Shown here: in pieces, positions 18,619-28,729 of the stretch
Position numbering within the stretch: position 1 is the first letter of the stretch
Layout: each line of letters opens with the position of its first letter
Source: Candidatus Woesebacteria bacterium
Lineage (GTDB): Bacteria; Patescibacteriota; Microgenomatia; Woykebacterales; 2-01-FULL-43-14
Direction: 5' to 3'
Assembly: GCA_020060105.1 (NCBI GenBank)
Contig: JAGVAV010000023.1
Coordinates: 14,905-78,904 of the forward strand
DNA length: 64,000 bases
The notes under the pieces: generated by a model
What the model was told of the DNA's origin: nothing
Databases searched by the model: none
What the model saw: only the letters and a program-made list of their open reading frames with translations
Translations under genes and position numbers: made by a program

Positions 18619-19929
18619 ATGAGTTACTCACAGTTAAAACTGGTCTGGGAAGAAATTTCTGAAAGCTTTTGGTTTTTACCCGGTCTTTTGACTTTGGGTG
18701 CTTTGATACTTACCCCTCTCCTTATTTTTATCGATCTCGTTTTCCAAGAAATGATTGGCCAACTAACCCCAACTTTTTTAATCAGTTCTCCAGAGTCCAC
18801 TAGAGGCCTTTTGTCAACAATCGCCACTACCGTAGCGACTATTGCCGCGGTCACCTTTTCCATCACCATCGTAGCTATCCAGCAAGCCTCAAACCAATAC
18901 TCACCCCGAGTTCTTCAGACTTTCCGAAAAAGTTACAGTTATCAGGCGGTTCTAGGCATGTTTATTGCCACTTTTCTAACGTCATTACTGGTGCTTTCAA
19001 CTATCAGAGTGGGCAATCCTGGGCAAGAAGTTTTTATCCCCAGACTTTCTATCTTCGCCGTAATGCTTCTTACTCTCGCTGACCTTGGATTACTAATTTT
19101 CTTTCTGTCTCAAGTTCTTCGCTCGCTCCAGGCAACGGAAATTATCGCTGAAATTAATAATGAAGTAAGAAAGCAAATTAACAACATCTATCCTAGCGAG
19201 ATTGGAGAGGAAGTTAAAGAATCCGAACCTCCTCAAAAGATTATTGAAAAACTCAAAGGAGGAGAGGAACCAATCTATTTACTAGCAGAAAAACCAGGCT
19301 TTATCAAAAGAGTCAATGAAGAACTTCTAGAAAGGGCCTCAACTCAAGCCGTAAAATGGATCTATATCTTCCCTCAGATTGGCGATTTTGTCGGGGTCGG
19401 AGATCCCTTAGCCGAAATTGATAATACGAAGGAAAATAAAAAGATTTTAAAGCTTTTGAAGGAGGCCATCACTATCAGTAGCAGAAAGTCAACCAAAGAA
19501 AATGCTCTCTTTGGGATTCACGAACTCTCCGACGTTATCTTAAAAACCCTTCCCAGTGGCGACGAAACTAGTCCGGGGTATTGCTTAGAATTCATAGGCG
19601 ACGCTCTCACTCAGCTAGTTAACCGAAAGTTTCCTTCAAACGAAAGGACTTTGAAAGAAAAAACCATTCTCGTTCTAAACAATCACACTTGGAATCAGTT
19701 CGTCGAAACTGGTTTTGGCCGAGCCGATCAAGAACTTTCCAAATCTCCTCAACTCCTCCTCATCGCCATTCGAAACTTAGGAAAAATCAGATCGATAGCC
19801 AAGAGTAACTATAGAAAGAACGTTATCTTGAAAGAATTGGGAAAAATTAGTCGGATAATCCAAAAAGCGCCTTTTATCCAATCAGAAAAAGAAAATCTCC
19901 TGGAAGCTCTCGAAAAAGCAAAAAGATAA
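18619..19929 (+). CDS. DUF2254 membrane protein
   Basis: ESFWFLP; TFSITIVAIQQASNQYSPR. Confidence 0.85.
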   Translation: MSYSQLKLVWEEISESFWFLPGLLTLGALILTPLLIFIDLVFQEMIGQLTPTFLISSPESTRGLLSTIATTVATIAAVTFSITIVAIQQASNQYSPRVLQTFRKSYSYQAVLGMFIATFLTSLLVLSTIRVGNPGQEVFIPRLSIFAVMLLTLADLGLLIFFLSQVLRSLQATEIIAEINNEVRKQINNIYPSEIGEEVKESEPPQKIIEKLKGGEEPIYLLAEKPGFIKRVNEELLERASTQAVKWIYIFPQIGDFVGVGDPLAEIDNTKENKKILKLLKEAITISSRKSTKENALFGIHELSDVILKTLPSGDETSPGYCLEFIGDALTQLVNRKFPSNERTLKEKTILVLNNHTWNQFVETGFGRADQELSKSPQLLLIAIRNLGKIRSIAKSNYRKNVILKELGKISRIIQKAPFIQSEKENLLEALEKAKR

Positions 19930-19965
19930 TCTTTTGAAGCGTAAGTAAAAAGAGCTTGTCGCAAA

Positions 19966-21054
19966 TCAAATCTGTCTTTTCAAAACTTTCTCCACTCTCG
20001 TCTCCAGATCCGGCATTTCTCGCCCGGAAAGGTAAAACTCCTCATAATAAGCTTTCACAAATCCGGCCACGGGAGTGGCGATCAGTGCCCCCAAGAAACC
20101 GAAGGCGTAAGTTAACCCCACCACGAAGAAAATAATCAAGACAGGGTTAATCTCCGTTTGAGAAGAACGAACGTATGGAGCGAGAAGATCGCCCGCAAGC
20201 TCTTGCATAATAAGGTAAAAGATCAGAACCCACAAGGCTTTCACTGGGTCAATCGCCAACGCGATTAGGACCGGGGGGATAGTCATAATCAAAGGACCAA
20301 CTCTCGGAATAAGTTCGGAGAAAGCGGTCACCACTCCCCAAATCAAGGCCCCCGGTATTCCAATTATCAATAAGAATGTCGCCGCTAAGAACCCTTCAAC
20401 TAAGCCAACGATTAGACTGGCCCATAGCCATCCGATGGTCGTGTTTGACCCTTTGACCAAGGCTCTCTCCGCTTTAGTCCTTAAACGAGTTGGGAAAATC
20501 TGCAAGTAAGTTCGGATTAGCGGTCTGGGGTTAGCAAGAGAATAAATCAGAACGCTAAACAAAACGGCGCCAAAGATTAACAAGTTTAGCAAAGTAATGG
20601 AAAATTGTCCAATTTGAAAAACGACTGACTGGATTGTCGGTAACACTTGTTGGGCAATAAGAGTGGTAATTTCTTCTCTTTCAAGAATCGCCAAATCTGC
20701 CCCTAGTAAGTTAGCCACTCTTTCCGTTACTAGCGAAAGATATTGCGGTAAATCCCTGGTCACCCGACCGATCTCGACGGTTAGAATTGGCAGTATTAAC
20801 CAACCGACCAGAGACACAAACGAGACAATCCCGGCCAACGTAAGAAAGGTCCCCAGGGAGCGAGGAATCTTTTTTTCCTCCAGCCTCGTCACCAAAGGAT
20901 TGAGAGTAATCGTCAATATAAAAGCTGAGAGAAAAACTAAGACGACTGCTCGGACTAAGTTAAGAAACAAGACTAAGAGGATAATCGCTACCGTCAGGAA
21001 TATCAGTTTTTTAAAGGTTGAAAATAAGTTTGGGTAGAAAGTTTCTGGATTCAC
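19966..21054 (-). CDS. AI-2E family (UPF0118) transporter
   Basis: LNPLV..LE; LIPRVGP; GFLGALIATP; multiple TM segments. Confidence 0.85.
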   Translation of the reverse strand: MNPETFYPNLFSTFKKLIFLTVAIILLVLFLNLVRAVVLVFLSAFILTITLNPLVTRLEEKKIPRSLGTFLTLAGIVSFVSLVGWLILPILTVEIGRVTRDLPQYLSLVTERVANLLGADLAILEREEITTLIAQQVLPTIQSVVFQIGQFSITLLNLLIFGAVLFSVLIYSLANPRPLIRTYLQIFPTRLRTKAERALVKGSNTTIGWLWASLIVGLVEGFLAATFLLIIGIPGALIWGVVTAFSELIPRVGPLIMTIPPVLIALAIDPVKALWVLIFYLIMQELAGDLLAPYVRSSQTEINPVLIIFFVVGLTYAFGFLGALIATPVAGFVKAYYEEFYLSGREMPDLETRVEKVLKRQI

Positions 21055-21122
21055 AACTCCTCAACTCGATCCTAGTTTTTAAGATTCGCTAAGACCGTGG
21101 GCTTTTAACCCCCGGTAATTAA

Positions 21123-21341
21123 TCATTCCTTAGCTTGCTCTTTAATTTCTTCTCCAGTCCTCTCCGCTTGCCGCCTAGCTCTTTCTTTTAGCTTTTCTCC
21201 TCGGGCTCGGATATCATGATAAGCCTCTTCAAGTTTTTTTCGATTTTCCTTTCTCATCAGAACAACCGCCGCCGCCCCAATCGCTGCCCCAATTACTAAA
21301 GCGGCCAGAGTTCCCATACCGCCTCTTTGTCCATTGTTCAT
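21123..21341 (-). CDS. YtxH-like protein
   Basis: GAAIGAAAVVL followed by a charged helix. Confidence 0.7.
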   Translation of the reverse strand: MNNGQRGGMGTLAALVIGAAIGAAAVVLMRKENRKKLEEAYHDIRARGEKLKERARRQAERTGEEIKEQAKE

Positions 21342-21355
21342 ACTTTGTCACCTCC

Positions 21356-21580
21356 TTAGCCAAAAAACATTCTCGGAATAGCTAAGATTTTTCCCTTAAT
21401 CTGATTTTTCAAGCTCCTCGCCTCACCAGTGACATCTTTAACGTCTCGAAGCACCATCTGAAGCGTATCCAGCGTTTGAGCTATTTTCAAAATAAGATAA
21501 ACCAAAAATCCTACCAAAATCAAAAACCCAAACGCCAGACTAAGGTATAAAAAATCTAAGCTGGTAAGAACAGTACTCAA
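21356..21580 (-). CDS. Small membrane protein (DUF948-like)
   Basis: TM segment plus coiled coil; in operon with the YtxH-like gene. Confidence 0.55.
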   Translation of the reverse strand: MSTVLTSLDFLYLSLAFGFLILVGFLVYLILKIAQTLDTLQMVLRDVKDVTGEARSLKNQIKGKILAIPRMFFG

Positions 21581-21614
21581 CGGTTTTTCCTTTCAAACAA
21601 ACAGTTTAAACACC

Positions 21615-22406
21615 TTAAGTGAGTTGACCAACCGCCCGACTGACATCAGTCGGCTTATTGTAAACCCTATCCGGCAAACGCTCTAAAGTCAGACGGACAT
21701 TCTTATCCGCTCCTTCTTGATCGGCTTTTTTAATTAATTCTTCCTTACTCACCGGATAGTCGACACCTTCAAGAAACTTTTGGACTTGGACAGGGTTTAC
21801 TGTTTCTCCTTCCTCTCCAGACATAGATTCTTCTCCTCTCATCGTTCTTTCCTCCTCCTTCTCCCGTCCGGTCATGGAAACGGATTCGACGTTTGCGGCC
21901 CCGTGGTGTTCTAAAATCCTTCTGGCTTCCATTTCTCGCTCTGGCGGGGAGGAAACCAAAATCAACACGCCACCAGCTCTAATTTTTTCCTCGTAGTCAC
22001 GCGCCCGCTCTTCCGGAATCCCTAGCCCTACCAAACCTCCAGTCAGACCACCAGCCAAAGCTCCAGTCACCGCTCCGGAAACAGTCGTTGCTGCCGCTCC
22101 GGTCAAACCTAGGGCCGCGGCGATCGGTCCTCCGATCAAAATCGCCCCTAAGCCTGGAACAGCGATCGCCCCAACTCCGGCAAGCAAACCTCCAAGGCCT
22201 CCGATCACTCCTCCGGCCGCTGCGCCGGAAACCGTGCCTTTAGCCACGCTGGCTCCGGTTCTCTCCGCCAGATCTTCTCCTTCTTCCTCTTCTTTCACCA
22301 TCACCGAAACATCCTTCATTTCAAATCCCGCTCTCTTCAGATCATTCACCGCCATCTCCGCGTGCTCTCGGTTTGGAATCACTCCGACCACTGACCTAGT
22401 CATCAT
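21615..22406 (-). CDS. General stress protein (Gly/Ala-rich) fused to a C-terminal DUF2795 domain
   Basis: GVIPNREHAEMAV..; PGLG.ILIGGP; QVQKFLEGVDYPVSKEEL. Confidence 0.75.
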   Translation of the reverse strand: MMTRSVVGVIPNREHAEMAVNDLKRAGFEMKDVSVMVKEEEEGEDLAERTGASVAKGTVSGAAAGGVIGGLGGLLAGVGAIAVPGLGAILIGGPIAAALGLTGAAATTVSGAVTGALAGGLTGGLVGLGIPEERARDYEEKIRAGGVLILVSSPPEREMEARRILEHHGAANVESVSMTGREKEEERTMRGEESMSGEEGETVNPVQVQKFLEGVDYPVSKEELIKKADQEGADKNVRLTLERLPDRVYNKPTDVSRAVGQLT

Positions 22407-22790
22407 TTTTTACCTCCACGGGTTTAAAAGTAATCAAAATTTAAACAGGAAAGTCTATAACAACCGTAAAAAGCAATCCCTATCATAAGTTAGGATATGG
22501 GGAAGGATCAACAACGAGGCTTATCCAAGCCTGGCAAGATAATTGCCGATAAACAACCATCTAAAAAACGTCGCCAAGTCATTAACTAGTTGCAAGTGAG
22601 TCCTATAGTTGACCGACTGTTTTATTTCCGACATAATCTCAGCTATAAAAAGGTGTGTAATTTACAAACAGTAAAATGCGTGCCTAAAAGAGAAGCGCCT
22701 CCTTAGTCTATTTACTGGAGGTTAGCTAAAGGTAGGGGGATCAGCTGAATCTTGAATTAAAATCCAACATATCAGATTATTCAAGGCACT

Positions 22791-23798
22791 ATGAGCAAGA
22801 TAATTCAAACCGTCTGTACCCTTGGCCCGGCTTCTCAAAAACCTGAGACTTTAGAAAAGTTAATCTCTTCCGGCATGAACATTGCCCGTTTCAACTTTTC
22901 TCACACGACCCCAGAACAGTTTCTTCGTATTAAAAGCTTAATTGAAAAATATAACCAAAAACTAGGTAAAAAGACAAAAATTCTCCTAGATCTCCAAGGA
23001 CCAAGAATGAGAGTCGGGCTCTTACCTGAAGAAGGTCTTAACTTAAAGGAAGGGGAGGAAGTGACTTTTTCGACGGGTCTTTCGGATAATAGGGCCATCC
23101 ACATCGATAATCCACACCTTCATGAAGATATAGAGCCTGGCCAGCCAATGTATCTTTCTAATGGAGAAATCGAACTTAAGGTCGTTTCTAAAAAGGGCAA
23201 TAAAATCATGGCTAAGGTTCTGATTGGGGGAGTACTTTATTCCAGAAAAGGGGTCAATGTCCCGGAAACCAAAACACGAGCCAGGGGATTGACCGATAAA
23301 GATCTAAAGGACGTTAAACTTGGAGTAGAAAATGGAGTGGATTTCATCGCCTTATCGTTTGTAGGGGACAAGTCCGACGTTAGAGAACTTCGTGAAAAAA
23401 TCAATGACCCGACTACCGGAATCGTGGCAAAAATCGAAAGAAGGGCGGCGATCGCTAACCTAGAAAAAATCATCAAAGCCTCTGACTTAATAATGGTCGC
23501 TCGAGGGGACCTGGGAGTTGAGTTTCCTTTGCCAGAAATTCCGTTTTTACAAAAAGAAATAATTAGTAAAGCAAATCGTTTTGACAAACCGGCGATCGTC
23601 GCGACCCAAATGCTTGCCAGCATGGTCAATCATCCGCATCCCACCCGAGCCGAAGTCACTGATGTAGCTAATGCCGTCCTAGACGGGGCTTGGGGCGTGA
23701 TGCTTTCCCAAGAAACTGCCTTTGGCCATTACCCGGTCCAGTCTCTGGATTACCTCACCAAGATCACCCAACGAGCGGCACAATTTTCTTCAGGTTAA
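22791..23798 (+). CDS. pyk: Pyruvate kinase (A and B domains only)
   Basis: CTLGPAS; ARFNFSH; DLQGP; AKIE; MVARGDLGVE; ATQML; VMLSQETA. Confidence 0.9.
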   Translation: MSKIIQTVCTLGPASQKPETLEKLISSGMNIARFNFSHTTPEQFLRIKSLIEKYNQKLGKKTKILLDLQGPRMRVGLLPEEGLNLKEGEEVTFSTGLSDNRAIHIDNPHLHEDIEPGQPMYLSNGEIELKVVSKKGNKIMAKVLIGGVLYSRKGVNVPETKTRARGLTDKDLKDVKLGVENGVDFIALSFVGDKSDVRELREKINDPTTGIVAKIERRAAIANLEKIIKASDLIMVARGDLGVEFPLPEIPFLQKEIISKANRFDKPAIVATQMLASMVNHPHPTRAEVTDVANAVLDGAWGVMLSQETAFGHYPVQSLDYLTKITQRAAQFSSG

Positions 23799-23997
23799 TA
23801 ACTATTTCAAACCTACTCTCCCCGGAAACTACCATTTCTGTATCTTTAAACACGCCCTTAGACAACACCTTGGCAACAAATTATGGTGTCATTTTGAAAG
23901 ACCCATCAAAAGTTTAATTTCAACGAGAAACGCTATCTGAAAAAAACGCAGTTTTATTTAGCCCTGTTTAACCAAGGCCTAAAACCTTAAGTTAAAA

Positions 23998-25290
23998 TTA
24001 GTCGACAAAGGTTAAAGCGACGCCTTTTTTACTGGCTCGGCCCGTTCGGCCAATACGATGAATATAGTCTTCGTAATTTTCCGGAAGATCGTAGTTGATA
24101 ACGTGGGTGACACTGTCAATATCTAAACCCCGAGAGGCCACGTCTGTGGCCAAAAGCACTTTTATCTCGTTATTTTTAAATCGGTCAAGAGTTTTTTGGC
24201 GTTGATTCTGATTCTTATTGCCATGAATTGCCCCAACTTTAAAACCGCGTATGGTTAGTTGTTTATTTAGCTTCTCCACTCCGTGCTTTGTTCGACCGAA
24301 AACCAAAACTTTATTAAAGCCTTCGCCAATTAACAAATCGTGTAGTTGCTCAATCTTTTTCTCTTTATCGATTACTTTGATGATATCCTGGTCGACATTA
24401 CCTGAAGTGTCAGCTCGTTTGACTGAGATAGTCACCGGATCAGTAACGAAGGTATTTAGAATTTCCCGAACTTTCGGAGAGATTGTTGCGGAGAAAAAGA
24501 GTGATTGACGCTCCTTCGGAAGGAGAGCAATAAAGTATTTGACGTCGTGGATAAAACCGATATCAACCATCAAATCAACCTCATCTAAAACGAAAGTGGA
24601 GTAATCGGATAAACGAAGATTTCTTCGCTGGATGTGGTCTTTCAATCTTCCTGGAGTGGCGATCACTACCCGAGGGTTTCTTTGAAGATCTTGGATTTGA
24701 CGTCTCACATCCGCCCCACCGATAAGAAGGGTGGAATAAATTCTCATGTTATCGCTAAATTCTTGCAACTCCTCTCTAATCTGAAAGGCCAATTCTCTGG
24801 TTGGCGCAATAATTAAGGCTTTTTGATCCGGCTGTTTGAAAAGTTTGTCGATAATCGGAATCAAAAATGCCGCGGTTTTACCAGTCCCGGTGTCCGCCAA
24901 ACCGATTAAGTCGCGACCCTCTAAGATTGGCGGAATTGCTTGGTCTTGAATCGGCGTCGGATGAGCGTATCCGCGCTTAGTAATATTTTGTTTTAAGATA
25001 CCATGAATCGCAAAATCCGAAAATTGATGCGTTGAGGCAAAGCTTTCCACTGAAGAAAGCTCATCAGCTCGTCGGATAAAAATGTTAACATCTTGTCCAG
25101 CCAGCTTTGACTTAGGTCTGTTATTGGCACTTCGACCAAATCTAGTTCTATTGTCAAAAAGTTTCTGAGAATGGCTGAGACCGCCATTGTAAGACGTTTT
25201 CTTAAAGGAACTTTTTTGTCGCGACCCGTAACGGATCGAAGCACTATTGCCTTTTTGACCGGTGTTACCCGGGTTTGATTTGTAAAACAT
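23998..25290 (-). CDS. DEAD-box RNA helicase
   Basis: PTPIQ; GTGKT; PTRELA; DEVD; SAT; HRIGRTGR. Confidence 0.95.
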   Translation of the reverse strand: MFYKSNPGNTGQKGNSASIRYGSRQKSSFKKTSYNGGLSHSQKLFDNRTRFGRSANNRPKSKLAGQDVNIFIRRADELSSVESFASTHQFSDFAIHGILKQNITKRGYAHPTPIQDQAIPPILEGRDLIGLADTGTGKTAAFLIPIIDKLFKQPDQKALIIAPTRELAFQIREELQEFSDNMRIYSTLLIGGADVRRQIQDLQRNPRVVIATPGRLKDHIQRRNLRLSDYSTFVLDEVDLMVDIGFIHDVKYFIALLPKERQSLFFSATISPKVREILNTFVTDPVTISVKRADTSGNVDQDIIKVIDKEKKIEQLHDLLIGEGFNKVLVFGRTKHGVEKLNKQLTIRGFKVGAIHGNKNQNQRQKTLDRFKNNEIKVLLATDVASRGLDIDSVTHVINYDLPENYEDYIHRIGRTGRASKKGVALTFVD

Positions 25291-25527
25291 AATTTTGATA
25301 TTGGTTGAAGAAGAAAAACTAAAAGATCGATGCTTGCCAAAAGGGCAAAGGACTTATCCTGAAATTTTAGGAGCTACTTTCAAAGATTTAATCCCGCTTT
25401 TGGCAACTTGACTAATTTTGCAGTAACTTGAAGGGAAGAATCAAATGTATAGCTCGTATTCTAGATCAACTCTAGAGCATTATACCATAAAGTTAGGAAA
25501 AAAGCAAATCCTATAACATTAGGTGGC

Positions 25528-25842
25528 TTAAAACTTGATAAAAGACTGGTTTCCAAAGTAGAAATTAAAAGCTTTCAGCAGGTCTGTTAGATCAAAGTTT
25601 GGTTTTTGAGTAGCTACATTATTAACTATTTCCTTGAGGACTTGAACGCTCAAGGTATATTTTAGATTGTTCTCTTCAGCAAAGGTAGGTTCCTCACCCT
25701 TCTTAACACGATCATCATTTAAAATGATACACTTGGTACTTTCATGGAAAACAGGGGCTTGTTCACAGTAGAGAGAGCCTTTCCAGAACAGTTTATTGGC
25801 GTTGATTAAAATGTCAGAAAGCTTTTGAGGTTTTGGTTGCAT
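25528..25842 (-). CDS. Hypothetical protein
   Basis: 104-aa ORF with TATAAT just upstream. Confidence 0.6.
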   Translation of the reverse strand: MQPKPQKLSDILINANKLFWKGSLYCEQAPVFHESTKCIILNDDRVKKGEEPTFAEENNLKYTLSVQVLKEIVNNVATQKPNFDLTDLLKAFNFYFGNQSFIKF

Positions 25843-26037
25843 TAAGACGATTATACCAGAAAACTGCCGAAATGTACATTTAGCTTCGCCGTTTTACGCT
25901 TAGTATAAGTTCGGAAGGGGGACGTTTCTCTTTTGAATACGAAATTGGTTAATTTTTTAAGTTAACGGCTTCCTAACGATACACTCTTAATCTCTTTCCT
26001 TCTCCTTGACACCTGCCAACCCTTCCCTTATCATAAA

Positions 26038-26059
26038 TATATGAATAAATGTTCATATA
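26038..26059. promoter_or_regulatory. Probable ArsR/SmtB operator overlapping the start codon
   Basis: TATATGAA-taaatg-TTCATATA, downstream of TTGACA..CATAAA. Confidence 0.6.
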
Positions 26060-26352
26060 ACTGCTGTAATCCCGACAGTTATGAATTTCAAAGAGTAATT
26101 AGCCTATCTTCTTTACTAAAAATCGTCTCCGAAGAAAGCCGATTAAAAATACTTTGCATTTTGAAAGAAGGGGAGCACTGCGTTTGTGAAATAATAAATC
26201 ACCTCTCATTATCCCAAAGTCTTATTTCCCATCACCTAAGAGATTTAAAAGATTTTAACGTTGTTTCCGATCACAAAAGGGGAAACAGGGTTTATTACTC
26301 ATTAACAAAACAGGGCAGAAAATTTGCCGATATTTTATTTAGCTTAGATTAA
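26041..26352 (+). CDS. arsR: ArsR/SmtB transcriptional repressor
   Basis: RLKIL..EHCVCEI..LSQSLISHHL..VYYSL. Confidence 0.9.
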   Translation: MNKCSYNCCNPDSYEFQRVISLSSLLKIVSEESRLKILCILKEGEHCVCEIINHLSLSQSLISHHLRDLKDFNVVSDHKRGNRVYYSLTKQGRKFADILFSLD

Positions 26353-26363
26353 GGGAGGTCTTT

Positions 26364-26663
26364 ATGAAAATCGAAGTTTTAGGTTCCGGATGTAACAACT
26401 GCAAAAAGCTCTATGACCTGACTAATCAGGCAGTTAAAGAATTAAACCTCGAGGCCGAGGTTGAGTACATAACTGATATCAAAAGGTTAGTTGAAATGGG
26501 GATAATGCAAAGCCCTGCCCTCGCCATTGACGGGGTTGCGGTAATGACGGGCGCGACAACAAACCTCGAGAAAATCAAAGAGGTCCTTCAAAAAGATAAA
26601 TCGGATAATTCAGCCAACGGCTGCCAAAACAAAACTTGTCGTTGTCATAACGGCTGCTGCTAA
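26364..26663 (+). CDS. Small thioredoxin-like redox protein (Thioredoxin_3) with Cys-rich tail
   Basis: LGSGCNNC; SPALAIDG; tail CQNKTCRCHNGCC. Confidence 0.85.
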   Translation: MKIEVLGSGCNNCKKLYDLTNQAVKELNLEAEVEYITDIKRLVEMGIMQSPALAIDGVAVMTGATTNLEKIKEVLQKDKSDNSANGCQNKTCRCHNGCC

Positions 26664-26668
26664 CGCAT

Positions 26669-27646
26669 ATGGATATTTTCTTTCCAATTCAAATATTTGC
26701 CGACTGGGTCGTTTATAATTTGCTCAACTTACCAAGATCAACGCAGCTTGCCGAAAGTTTAAACTTTTTTATCTACGACACTTTAAAAATTATTCTTTTG
26801 ATCGTGGTCATTAATTACTTAATGGCGGTCGTTCGTTATTACTTACCGATTGAGAAGTTACGCGATTTTCTAACCAGTCGAAAATTTTACGGATTTGATC
26901 ATTTGTTCGCCTCAATGTTTGGGGCGGTCACGCCGTTCTGCTCCTGCTCTTCCATTCCTTTGTTTATCGGTTTTCTAAAAGCCGGCATACCCTTAGGGGT
27001 AACTTTTTCCTTTCTTATTACCTCCCCCTTAGTCAATCAAGTAGCGGTGGCGATGTTCATTGGCCTTTTTGGCTGGAAAGTAACGCTAGTTTACATCACC
27101 GCGGGGATCCTGATTGGCGTAGTGGGAGGCTACGTTTTGGGTAAACTCAAAGTAGAAAAATACGTCGAAGACTTTGTCTGGAAAGTCCAAAGTCAACAAA
27201 ACAACTCTTCGAAGGAAAAAATATCTGCCGGAGATTTAATCAAACAATTTAACGCTGAAACTTGGGATATCACCAAAAAGATCGTTCCTTATGTTTTGGC
27301 CGGAATCGCTCTTGGGGCAGCTATCCACGGCTACGTTCCCGCTAATTTCTTCGAACGTTACATTACCAGAGATAATTTATTTGCCGTTCCCTTGGCCACT
27401 GTTGTCGCCGTGCCTCTTTATTCAAACGTTACTGGTGTTATTCCCATCGTTCAAGCGCTTGTTGCAAAAGGCATTCCTTTAGGAACAGCTTTAGCCTTTA
27501 TGATGGCAATCGTTGGGCTATCATTTCCCGAAGCAATGATTTTGAAAAAGGTGATGCGCTGGCAACTCCTGGCAATCTTTTTCGGAGTAGTCACCTTTGG
27601 AATAATACTAATTGGATATTTGTTCAACTTACTAAGTCTATCTTAG
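26669..27646 (+). CDS. ArsP/DUF318 permease
   Basis: TPFCSCSSIPLF; FLITSPLVN; GLSFPE. Confidence 0.9.
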   Translation: MDIFFPIQIFADWVVYNLLNLPRSTQLAESLNFFIYDTLKIILLIVVINYLMAVVRYYLPIEKLRDFLTSRKFYGFDHLFASMFGAVTPFCSCSSIPLFIGFLKAGIPLGVTFSFLITSPLVNQVAVAMFIGLFGWKVTLVYITAGILIGVVGGYVLGKLKVEKYVEDFVWKVQSQQNNSSKEKISAGDLIKQFNAETWDITKKIVPYVLAGIALGAAIHGYVPANFFERYITRDNLFAVPLATVVAVPLYSNVTGVIPIVQALVAKGIPLGTALAFMMAIVGLSFPEAMILKKVMRWQLLAIFFGVVTFGIILIGYLFNLLSLS

Positions 27647-27658
27647 GGTAACCAAAGG

Positions 27659-28318
27659 TCATAAGTACCTATCAAACCACGCTGCCGCATGGCCTGCGAC
27701 TTCCTCCAATTTTCCCTCTTCCTCAAAAAGATGGGTTGCCCCGGGAACAATCACCAACTTCTTATCTTTGGCCTTGGTTAGTTTTTCCAAAGCTTTTTTA
27801 TTTAAATCAATTACCGGGTAGTCTTCTCCGCCAACCAAGAAAAGAACGGCCGTTTCAACTTTACTCAAATCTTCGCCAGCCAAATCCGGCCGACCCCCTC
27901 TGGAAACCACCGCTTCAATTTTTTCTGGAAGCTGAGCGGCGGCAACTAAAGCCGCTGCAGTGCCGGTTGAGGCCCCGAAATAACCCACCTTCAGATTTCT
28001 CGTAAACTGATTTTCGCTTGTAAAACGAGTGGAGGAAACTAGTCTGCCGGCTAAAAGGTCGATATTAAAGCGGTACTGCCCGGTAATTTCATCCTCTTTT
28101 TCTTCATCTTCCGTTAATAAATCAATGAGAAGAGTCGCCATGTTCGCTCTGTTTAAAACCTCCGCGACGTATCTATTGCGAGGGCTAAATCTCCCACTAC
28201 CGCTACCGTGAGCGAAAATGACCAATCCGTGAGCCTCTTCGGGAACGTTTAAATTTCCCTTAATAAATTTTCCTTCAGTCTCTATCTGGACTTCTTGACT
28301 TAAACTTTTTTCACCCAT
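27659..28318 (-). CDS. Dienelactone hydrolase-like alpha/beta hydrolase
   Basis: FAHGSGSGRFSPRN; GYFGASTG; SRGGRPDL; GATHLFEE. Confidence 0.9.
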   Translation of the reverse strand: MGEKSLSQEVQIETEGKFIKGNLNVPEEAHGLVIFAHGSGSGRFSPRNRYVAEVLNRANMATLLIDLLTEDEEKEDEITGQYRFNIDLLAGRLVSSTRFTSENQFTRNLKVGYFGASTGTAAALVAAAQLPEKIEAVVSRGGRPDLAGEDLSKVETAVLFLVGGEDYPVIDLNKKALEKLTKAKDKKLVIVPGATHLFEEEGKLEEVAGHAAAWFDRYL

Positions 28319-28476
28319 TTATCTCCTTTTTTCTCATACTCGTGTTTTAAGGCGGCAAAGGCCACCCGATGAGCTCTGGCGCCTTCACCGTAAGTTTCAA
28401 CGGCACTGTCATGGGTTTTTTTCCAAATCTCTTGAGCGTGCTGATCCGATCTCTGAATAGTCTTTGGAACGGCCAC
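28300..28476 (-). CDS. chaB: ChaB family protein
   Basis: HAQEIWKKTHDSA..YG..RAHRVAFAALKHEYEKKGDKW; SD AGGAGG. Confidence 0.85.
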   Translation of the reverse strand: MAVPKTIQRSDQHAQEIWKKTHDSAVETYGEGARAHRVAFAALKHEYEKKGDKWVKKV

Positions 28477-28604
28477 TACTGACACCTCCTTTCGTAACAC
28501 CTTGACAGTTCATGCCCCAGATTTTAAGCCAAGGCGAAAGTTTTGAGTAGCGTCAAGGATTAGTCTCCTTGACTCATTTTAAAAGATCCAATTCTTCCGG
28601 ATAA

Positions 28605-28617
28605 AGGGTGTGAAACC
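28605..28617 (+). repeat. Repeat A right-half copy
   Basis: AGGGTGTGAAACC, identical to the 3' half. Confidence 0.6.
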
Positions 28618-28639
28618 AAATTGTACAGAAAATTTGAGG

Positions 28640-28678
28640 AAAAGAAAACCCGCCTTAAGCATTTCTGCAAAAAGCGGG
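28640..28678 (-). terminator. Terminator of the 319-aa gene
   Basis: CCCGC..GGCGGG followed by TTTTCTTTT on the minus strand. Confidence 0.6.
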
Positions 28679-28710
28679 CCTGTCCACCGAAGCTTTACGC
28701 GAAGGTGGGC
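28678..28710. repeat. REP-like hairpin
   Basis: GTCCACC-gaagctttacgcgaa-GGTGGGC. Confidence 0.5.
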
Positions 28711-28729
28711 GAACCAAGTTTCCGAGAAT

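Noticed and set aside
22680-22760. c-di-AMP (ydaO) riboswitch on the minus strand (AGCTAACCTC)
   Set aside because: Only one short block matches; the other conserved elements are missing.
28300-28318. ChaB::hydrolase frameshift fusion at an A6 run
   Set aside because: The hydrolase has its own ATG and SD (AAAGGAG), and ChaB is complete.
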